From Nanobdellota archaeon (lineage in GTDB: Archaea; Nanobdellota; Nanobdellia; Nanobdellales; Nanobdellaceae), in NCBI GenBank assembly GCA_020697515.1, contig JAIXNB010000029.1, positions 1 to 12,707 on the forward strand: a stretch of DNA of 12,707 bases. Direction: 5' to 3'. The position numbers were made by a program, and so were the translations under genes. Below, piece after piece: positions 1 through 5,269 of the stretch. Below the pieces are notes generated by a model. That model had not been told where the DNA came from, searched no databases, and saw nothing but the letters and a program-made list of their open reading frames with translations. Each line of letters starts with the position of its first letter. The first letter of the stretch is position 1.

Positions 1-77
1 TTAGCGATTTCATAAGCTTGTTTCAAATCTGTATGGGTTTCCCCTATTAGTATAACGTCTAAAGTTTTTTCTGTCAT
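1..77 (-). CDS. 5' end of an unidentified protein-coding gene (continues off the left edge)
   Basis: A minus-strand ATG (cat at 75-77 on +) opens a frame reading MTEKTLDVILIGETHTDLKQAYEIA that is still open at base 1. A TATA-like TTTTATAA (reverse complement of 101-108) is centred about 27 nt upstream. The fragment is too short to assign a family and is not in the ORF track because it is under 60 aa. Confidence 0.3.
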   Translation of the reverse strand, partial: MTEKTLDVILIGETHTDLKQAYEIA

Positions 78-178
78 ATTCGCTATATAGTAATTACAAT
101 TTATAAAATTTTTATAGGATACTAAGATGTAGTTATTCTCTGAATTTTAGTTTTATAATTTTTAGGCAATATCTAGTG

Positions 179-204
179 TGTCGGATAATCACAATTATCC
201 GACA
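179..204. repeat. Perfect 11-bp inverted repeat with a 4-nt spacer (TGTCGGATAAT-CACA-ATTATCCGACA)
   Basis: Read directly: 179-189 pairs base for base with 194-204. It lies in the 255-bp spacer between the arsR-like stop (333) and the start of the partial gene (77). Function is unknown; it could be an operator/UAS or an RNA hairpin. Confidence 0.6.
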
Positions 205-332
205 TTCCCTATTGCCTGACATAGAAAAGTATATGGAAATTGTTGGATTCTATCTAATTAGGTGAGTGAGAAAATTGAGAATAACCATAATCTTTATTAA
301 GAAAACCTTGATGAAGATATACTACATAAATA

Positions 333-599
333 TTAATCTTGTTTTTCAATTTGACTCGCTAGATCTACCAGCTTTCTTATAATATCTTTGTTCTTAATAC
401 ATATTATACTTAATCTTCCTACCTTTTTTACTTCTACAAGTCCCGCCTCTTCAAGTTCTTTTACATGTCTATATAAAACTGAAAAATCTTTATTAAAGAA
501 CCTGGATAAGTTCCCTAAGCAGGAATCATTTTCCAATAGGATTTTTATTATTTTATACCTTGTTTCGTTTGCTAGAGCCCTAAAGACCTTAAGACTCAT
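333..599 (-). CDS. ArsR/SmtB-family winged-helix transcriptional regulator (88 aa)
   Basis: The gene runs from a minus-strand ATG at 599 (cat 597-599) to TAA (tta 333-335). The product starts MSLKVFRALANETRYKIIKILL and contains FSVLYRHVKELEEAGLVEVKKVGR, matching the ArsR pattern (ANETR..IL helix, recognition helix H.K.L..AGLV, wing). The 199-aa ORF-track model (333..932) over-extends this gene antisense through the PDO gene. Confidence 0.8.
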   Translation of the reverse strand: MSLKVFRALANETRYKIIKILLENDSCLGNLSRFFNKDFSVLYRHVKELEEAGLVEVKKVGRLSIICIKNKDIIRKLVDLASQIEKQD

Positions 600-651
600 A
601 ATTTGCAAAAATATGCAAAGGTATATAAGATTTCCATATATTGCTGTAGCT
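600..651. promoter_or_regulatory. Shared divergent promoter region: one palindromic TATA core (TATATA 622-627), a BRE-like GGAAAT on the minus side (630-635), and the TTTGCAAA palindrome / TGCAAA direct repeat (602-609, 614-619)
   Basis: The TATA centre (about 624.5) is about 25.5 nt from the arsR-like ATG (599) and about 27.5 nt from the PDO ATG (652). This matches the canonical archaeal -26/-27 spacing for leaderless transcripts in both directions. TTTGCAAA is its own reverse complement, and TGCAAA recurs 10 bp later. Confidence 0.45.
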
Positions 652-1362
652 ATGGGACTTTTGAAAGAAGAAGATAGACAAGCTTTGAAAGAGTCTTTTG
701 AGAAGAATCTAAAGGATATCGTTGAGATTACAATATTTCTAGATAATGAGAAAAATAGAGATAGTAGCAACACTGCCAAAAATATTATAAATGAGCTTAT
801 GTCTTTAGATAGTAGGATAAAGGCAAAGTTTGTTGATGCAAGGTCAGAAAATGGATATAAATTATTGAAGGAGTACAACCTAGATATAGACACCTTTGGC
901 GATAGAAGAGGTCCTATATTTATATTCAACAAAAAGCCAGAAATAGTGTACTATGGACTACCCGCGGGGTGGGAATTTGTAGCATTTATAGAAGATATTA
1001 TCGCTATTTCGAGAAATGAAGTAGATCTTCCACCTAAAGTTGCAGAGAAAATTGCAAAAGTTGATACACCAATTGATATATATGTATTTGTCACTCCAGA
1101 ATGTCCATATTGTACCCATATGACCCAATATGCCCACAAATTTGCTTTTCTGAATAATAAAATTAGAGGAGTTATGATAAATGTATATGAATTTCCTGAA
1201 CTATCTGAAGCTTTTCATATACAGGCAGTGCCAAAAAATGTAATAGTATATAATGGAAAATCTATTTTGGAGTGGGAGGGTGCTGTTCCTGAAGCAACGT
1301 TTGTAGAACATATAGAGCGCGCTTTAGTAGATATAAAAGGATCTTCTAACAAACATGGATAG
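652..1362 (+). CDS. Protein disulfide oxidoreductase (PDO; glutaredoxin-like, two thioredoxin-fold units), 236 aa
   Basis: From memory it is collinear with Pyrococcus furiosus PDO: MGLL.. N-terminus, YYGLPAGWEFVAFIEDI, VFVTPECPYC, AVPK. The C-terminal CPYC active site is at 1102-1113. Start 652 is chosen over the in-frame ATG at 613 and the ORF-track start at 388, because 652 matches the homologue N-terminus and the TATA spacing, and 388-599 overlaps arsR. Confidence 0.85.
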   Translation: MGLLKEEDRQALKESFEKNLKDIVEITIFLDNEKNRDSSNTAKNIINELMSLDSRIKAKFVDARSENGYKLLKEYNLDIDTFGDRRGPIFIFNKKPEIVYYGLPAGWEFVAFIEDIIAISRNEVDLPPKVAEKIAKVDTPIDIYVFVTPECPYCTHMTQYAHKFAFLNNKIRGVMINVYEFPELSEAFHIQAVPKNVIVYNGKSILEWEGAVPEATFVEHIERALVDIKGSSNKHG

Positions 1363-1365
1363 GAC

Positions 1366-2331
1366 ATGAAAATTTCCTTCTCTTTAAAAAATTTTACAAA
1401 AAAGGAAGTTTTAAATGAAAATTGGGATGTTATCATAATCGGCGGAGGTCCGGCTGGATACTCTGCAGCTCTATATTGTGGTAGATATAAACTAAGAACA
1501 CTGGTTATAACCAAATACATCGGAGGGCTTCTTAATGAGGCGTCGATAGTAGAGGACTACCCAGGAATAAAAAGAATTTCTGGGCCAGAGCTTGGGAGAT
1601 TATTTAAAGATCATGCAGAGGAATGGGGTGTTAAAACATTGATAGATGAGGCAGTAGATGTCAGAAAAGATATGGATTTATTTACTATTAGCACAAGAAA
1701 TGGGTATACTTTTAAATCGCGAGTAATAATTTTTGCAACAGGTTCGAAAAGACGCACCCTAGGGGTACCTGGCGAAAATCTTAATGGAATTTCATATTGT
1801 GCAGAGTGCGATGCACCATTATATAGTGGTAAAGTAGTAGCAGTGGTTGGAGGCGGTAATACTGCGTTCCATGATGCTCTAGTTTTATCCAAATATGCCA
1901 AGAAGGTATATCTAGTACACAGGAGGAAGAAGTTTAAGGCAGATCCAGTACTGGTTGATGAAGCAAAATTAAATTCAAATATAGAATTTGTTTTAAACAA
2001 AATAGTTTTAGAGATAAAAGGACAGTCTACTGTAGAAAAAATAGTCTTAAAGGATAGAGATACCGAAGATATAATAGAATTGGATGTTCAAGGTGTTTTT
2101 GTGGCTGTAGGACTAGAACCATCCACAGAACTTGCGAAGAAGTTAGGAGTTGAATTAGATGATGACAATAGGATAAAAGTTGATCCATGCATGAAAACTA
2201 ATATAGAAGGGGTGTTTGCCGCTGGGGATGTAACATCTGGCTCATGTAGATTTATGCAGATTGTAACATCTGCAGCTGAGGGCGCGATAGCAGCTTACAA
2301 CGCATTTAGGTACATATTACGGAAAATGTAG
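1366..2331 (+). CDS. trxB: Thioredoxin reductase (low-Mr, FAD/NADPH-dependent), 321 aa
   Basis: It has the FAD motif IIIGGGPAGYSAA, the redox-active CAECD (C-x-x-C-D), the NADPH motif VVGGGNTAFHDA...LVHRRKKFKA, and GVFAAGDV. It starts 3 nt after the PDO stop, so the two genes probably form an operon. Confidence 0.9.
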   Translation: MKISFSLKNFTKKEVLNENWDVIIIGGGPAGYSAALYCGRYKLRTLVITKYIGGLLNEASIVEDYPGIKRISGPELGRLFKDHAEEWGVKTLIDEAVDVRKDMDLFTISTRNGYTFKSRVIIFATGSKRRTLGVPGENLNGISYCAECDAPLYSGKVVAVVGGGNTAFHDALVLSKYAKKVYLVHRRKKFKADPVLVDEAKLNSNIEFVLNKIVLEIKGQSTVEKIVLKDRDTEDIIELDVQGVFVAVGLEPSTELAKKLGVELDDDNRIKVDPCMKTNIEGVFAAGDVTSGSCRFMQIVTSAAEGAIAAYNAFRYILRKM

Positions 2332-2486
2332 GTTTATAAAAATACTCATTGTTCGCTTTTGTCTAAATAGTTAAAACTACCACTCTTAGCCTATTGAGAG
2401 AATTAGAACTGTTAATTAAGTATTTCATTATCTGCCCTAAATGGAGGGTTCCAGAGAAGAAAGGGATTTATGGTAAAACTTTAATA

Positions 2487-2804
2487 ATGAAAGCTTATAG
2501 CCGTGTTATAATGGATGACAAACAAAAAATATTGAATGTTTTGAAGAGTATACTAGATCCGGAAATTGGGTACGATATAGTTAGTTTGGGGATGGTGGAA
2601 GAGCTTAGGATAGAAGATAATAAGGTTTATGTAAAATTTTTGCCTACAACACCCATGTGCCCATACTTGCCTTATTTAATAGAAGCAATAACAATAAAAA
2701 TAAGAAAATTAGGTTATGATGTTGAAATCGAAATTGATTTTGAAAATCAGTGGTCTCCTGAAAGAATAGATCCGGAAATCCGCAAAAAATTCAACATGCA
2801 GTGA
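2487..2804 (+). CDS. DUF59 / MIP18-family Fe-S cluster assembly protein (SufT/PaaD-like)
   Basis: The motif LDPEIGYDIVSLGMV....V.V....TTPMCPY is the DUF59 signature. The start is ambiguous among ATG 2487 (MKAYSRVIMDD..), ATG 2511 (MDDKQKIL.., the best match to typical DUF59 N-termini) and TTG 2394 (the ORF-track model). Confidence 0.75.
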   Translation: MKAYSRVIMDDKQKILNVLKSILDPEIGYDIVSLGMVEELRIEDNKVYVKFLPTTPMCPYLPYLIEAITIKIRKLGYDVEIEIDFENQWSPERIDPEIRKKFNMQ

Positions 2805-2824
2805 TAGTTAAATTTAAATTAGTA

Positions 2825-2849
2825 ATGAAGGTTGCGTCCTCAACTTCAT
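2825..2849 (+). other. Imperfect hairpin 20 nt downstream of the DUF59 stop (ATGAAG(G)TTG-cgtcct-CAACTTCAT)
   Basis: Read directly: a 9-bp stem with one bulged G and a 6-nt loop. It could be a 3'-end structure, but archaeal terminators do not require hairpins. Confidence 0.25.
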
Positions 2850-2959
2850 CAATTATAGTAAAAACGTTAATGAGTACTTTTCTAAAAATTATATTTTTGC
2901 TTTAATTAATTCTGAATGAGAGCAAAAGTGATAAGGTAGTTATTAAATTCCACAATCAG

Positions 2960-2971
2960 TTTATATAAAAA
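2960..2971 (+). promoter_or_regulatory. Strong TATA box (TTTATATAAAAA) positioned to start transcription at about 2990
   Basis: This is a near-consensus archaeal TATA sequence. Its centre lies about 27 nt upstream of the ATG at 2991. Confidence 0.4.
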
Positions 2972-2990
2972 CTCTATCCAGCTCTTTGTT

Positions 2991-3017
2991 ATGTTTTTGT
3001 GTTGGTGGTCTGAGTAA
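2991..3017 (+). promoter_or_regulatory. Candidate leader micro-ORF MFLCWWSE* with tandem Trp codons, upstream of the trpC-like gene
   Basis: The sequence reads atg ttt ttg tgt tgg tgg tct gag taa, with TGG TGG at 3003-3008. The ATG sits at leaderless spacing from the 2960 TATA. See findings. Confidence 0.3.
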
Positions 3018-3031
3018 TTTTAATAATTTTT
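3018..3031 (+). terminator. T4 and T5 tracts (TTTTAATAATTTTT) directly after the micro-ORF stop; possible archaeal oligo-T termination/pause signal
   Basis: T-runs lie at 3018-3021 and 3027-3031. Archaeal RNAP terminates at oligo-T. This could equally be ordinary AT-rich promoter DNA for trpC. Confidence 0.2.
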
Positions 3032-3049
3032 AATAGATCTAGTAATTTC

Positions 3050-3778
3050 ATGTACAAGATGGTAAAGTCTATAATGAATAAAAAAAGAGAAAATAAAAAT
3101 CCAATTATTGCAGAAATAAAGGTTTATTCTCCTAAGTATGGTGATCTACTTAGGGGTAGAGATGAGATGGATATTCTCAGAATATATGAAGAGGCCGGAG
3201 TTGCAGGTATATCTTATATTACCGATAGAAAATACTTCAAAGGAGATTTCCAAGTCTTTAAAAAGATATGCTCCTCTACAGAACTCCCTGTCTTAAGAAA
3301 GGACTTTATAACATCTAAAGAAGAGATTGAGAGGACTGCGGAGGTGGAAGGAAGTGCAATATTATTGATAGGGAGACTACTAAAGGAGAAAACTGGAGAG
3401 TTTGTTGACTACGCGTTAGAGCATGGATTGGATACCATAGTCGAAGTACATAGTAGGGAGGAGATGGAGATAGCTAAAGGGACTAATACAACAATGATAG
3501 GGATAAATAACAGAGATATATCCAAATTAGAACTTGATGACGGTGATGTATCCCTTACAGCAAAGCTGTCTAGGTACCTTCCAGAGGGTGTAGTCTCTGT
3601 CAGTGAGAGTGGTATATCCACCTTAGAAGATCTAAAGGCGGCTCTAAGATACACTGATGCTGCCCTTATAGGTACTAGTTTTATGAAAGCTAAGGATACA
3701 TTAAACTTTGTTAAAAGTTTTGTAGAGGCTAGATTATACTTAGATAAAATAGTAGATAATTATAATCCCTCTTTTTAA
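3050..3778 (+). CDS. trpC: Indole-3-glycerol-phosphate synthase-like (beta/alpha)8 barrel protein, N-terminally short, 242 aa
   Basis: It carries the IGPS motifs in order: IIAEIKVYSPKYG (E-x-K), LRKDFI (Lys), IVEVH (Glu), IGINNRD (Asn), VSESGI (Ser), ALIGTSFM. Alternative starts are ATG 3059 and 3074. An in-frame TGA at 3011-3013 rules out a longer N-terminus. Confidence 0.8.
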   Translation: MYKMVKSIMNKKRENKNPIIAEIKVYSPKYGDLLRGRDEMDILRIYEEAGVAGISYITDRKYFKGDFQVFKKICSSTELPVLRKDFITSKEEIERTAEVEGSAILLIGRLLKEKTGEFVDYALEHGLDTIVEVHSREEMEIAKGTNTTMIGINNRDISKLELDDGDVSLTAKLSRYLPEGVVSVSESGISTLEDLKAALRYTDAALIGTSFMKAKDTLNFVKSFVEARLYLDKIVDNYNPSF

Positions 3779-3840
3779 AATCATCCCAACCAACTATATG
3801 GGAAAAGAAGTGTGAGGTGATGAGAATCTTATTTTATGGG

Positions 3841-3853
3841 TCATAAATAAAAA
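3841..3853 (-). terminator. Oligo-T tract immediately after the asnS stop
   Basis: The A-run at 3849-3853 on + is T5 on the coding strand, directly following TAA (3854-3856). Confidence 0.4.
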
Positions 3854-5182
3854 TTATGGATAGAGCCACCCTTCCCTTAATCTTGGGAAAGGTAACGTAT
3901 CTCTTATATGTCCTAACTTAGCCACCCACATTAGAAGTCTTTCTAGCCCCAATCCCCAACCAGAGTGTGGGATGCTCCCATATTTTCTAAGATCTAGATA
4001 CCAATCGTATGCTCCAACCTCCATATCTCCGATTATGACTTTTAATTTATTCAACCCCCATTCTTCTATCTTCTTTTTCAGGATATTATATCTCCATTCC
4101 CTTTCAGAGCCGCCAATTATCTCTCCATATCCTTCCGGAGCCAAAAGATCAAAGTTTTTCACAGTCCCATCTCCTATTTCATACATATAAAATGCTTTCA
4201 TCTCTCGAGGATAATATGTTATGAATATCGGAACTTCAAAATCTTTTGTTAATTCTCTTTCTTCATCTGCTCCAAGGTCTTGTCCATATTCTATATTAAC
4301 ACCTTTAGATTGCAAAATATCTATAGCCTCTTTATATTTCATACTTATCCATGGCTCCTCAATAACTTTTTTTAAATATGATATATCCCTACCGAGCATA
4401 TTTAGTTCTATTTTTCTCTCTTCTATAGTTTTTTCTATTGCGTATTTTAGGGATTCTTCTGTAACTTTAATCAAATCTTCTAAATGATACCAAGCTGCTT
4501 CTATTTCAAAGTGCCAATACTCATGTAGATGTCTCCTTGTTCTAGACTTTTCTGCCCTGAACGATGGAGTTAGAGAGAATACTTTTTCTAAGGAGTATAT
4601 TAGAGCTTCTAGATATAATTGAGCGCTTTGCGATAAATAAGCTTTCTTTCCAAAATAATTTACTTCAAATAGGGTTGTTGTTTCCTCTGCAGCGTTCCCT
4701 ACTAAAATTGGAGGGTGTATCTCCCACCAACCACCATCTATAAACCAATTTCTTAAATGTTTTAACAAACTATGTTTTATTTTCATAGTAGCTGTAAATC
4801 TTCTATTCCTTATCCATAAATGTCTAAGCTTTTGTATAGTATCTATATCTTCATCGCCTTTTATTGGAAATGGTTGCCCATAATCATAAACAACAATATC
4901 TTTAACAGCTATTTCGTATCCAGTTGGCGCCCTAGGATCTTTCTTTAGAATTCCTTTAACCTCTAAAGAACCTTCTATTTGGAATTCTAACGCCTTTTCC
5001 CAAACTTCTCTAGGTACATCTTCCTTCCTAACAATTGCCTGTATAATATTTGTAGAGTCTCTTAATACAATGAATATCTTATCCTTAAACTCTCTTTTCC
5101 TATAAACCCATCCCTTTACACTAACTTCTTTACCCACCAACTCGTCCTTTAGTAGATCGTTGATAAATATAGTCTTCATCAT
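3854..5182 (-). CDS. asnS: Asparaginyl-tRNA synthetase (class IIb), 442 aa
   Basis: It has an N-terminal OB-fold (VSVKGWVYRKREFKDKIFIVLRD). Motif 2 is FRAEKSRTRRHLHEYWHFEIE. The GGSEREWRY motif and motif 3 (YGSIPHSGWGLGLERLLMWV...IRD..PFPR) are AsnRS-type rather than AspRS-type. A TATA (CTATAAAAA on the minus strand, about 5205-5215) lies about 28 nt upstream. Confidence 0.9.
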   Translation of the reverse strand: MMKTIFINDLLKDELVGKEVSVKGWVYRKREFKDKIFIVLRDSTNIIQAIVRKEDVPREVWEKALEFQIEGSLEVKGILKKDPRAPTGYEIAVKDIVVYDYGQPFPIKGDEDIDTIQKLRHLWIRNRRFTATMKIKHSLLKHLRNWFIDGGWWEIHPPILVGNAAEETTTLFEVNYFGKKAYLSQSAQLYLEALIYSLEKVFSLTPSFRAEKSRTRRHLHEYWHFEIEAAWYHLEDLIKVTEESLKYAIEKTIEERKIELNMLGRDISYLKKVIEEPWISMKYKEAIDILQSKGVNIEYGQDLGADEERELTKDFEVPIFITYYPREMKAFYMYEIGDGTVKNFDLLAPEGYGEIIGGSEREWRYNILKKKIEEWGLNKLKVIIGDMEVGAYDWYLDLRKYGSIPHSGWGLGLERLLMWVAKLGHIRDTLPFPRLREGWLYP

Positions 5183-5269
5183 AAAACCTTTATTATTCTA
5201 CAAATTCATTTTTATAGTTAACAATTTTTAAAAAAGTTTTGTTGAATTTTTTGAGTACGTATTTTTGGA

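Noticed and set aside
388-651. The ORF-track 324-aa model extends the PDO gene upstream to 388.
   Set aside because: The extension (MFLIHIILNLPTFF..) is low-complexity and runs antisense to the well-supported arsR-like gene. It has no PDO homology. The homologue-like N-terminus MGLLKEED starts at 652 with correct TATA spacing.
600-932. The ORF-track 199-aa minus-strand model extends the arsR-like gene to 932.
   Set aside because: The N-terminal 111 aa are low-complexity (L/S/I/F-rich) and antisense to the PDO coding sequence. The ArsR fold is complete from the Met at 599.
951-2000. Minus-strand ORFs 951..1139, 1215..1520 and 1611..2000, antisense to pdo/trxB.
   Set aside because: They are fully embedded antisense in genes with strong motif support. 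They have no recognisable motifs and a biased composition typical of shadow ORFs.
3051-3056. TGTACA at the trpC-like start codon. It matches the TRP-box hexamer that, as I recall, is bound by TrpY in Methanothermobacter.
   Set aside because: It is a single 6-bp palindrome overlapping the ATG. Such a match is easily expected by chance, and it comes from a distant euryarchaeal system. I note it only as a possible follow-up to the leader hypothesis.
3817-3823. Perfect C-box-like GUGAUGA in the trpC/asnS convergent spacer, a possible C/D-box sRNA.
   Set aside because: There is no CUGA D box, and no D'/C' boxes, at the expected 10-60 nt downstream on that strand. The reverse strand also lacks the motif pair.
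3409-4487. ORFs 3409..3654 (-), 3972..4190 (+) and 4221..4487 (+), antisense to trpC/asnS.
   Set aside because: They are shadow ORFs opposite well-supported genes, with Ser/Ile/Phe-rich low-complexity translations.
4919-4939. The identical DPRAPTG motif in AsnRS and AspRS as possible evidence of recent gene conversion between the paralogues.
   Set aside because: The two 21-nt stretches differ at 4 synonymous third positions, and the flanking codons differ. Conservation is at the protein level, not from a recent DNA exchange.
5183-5269. Tiny ORF (atg aat ttg tag) in the asnS upstream spacer, a possible Asn-codon leader.
   Set aside because: It has only three sense codons with a single Asn codon, and it overlaps the predicted TATA-to-TSS interval. 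There is no supporting structure.
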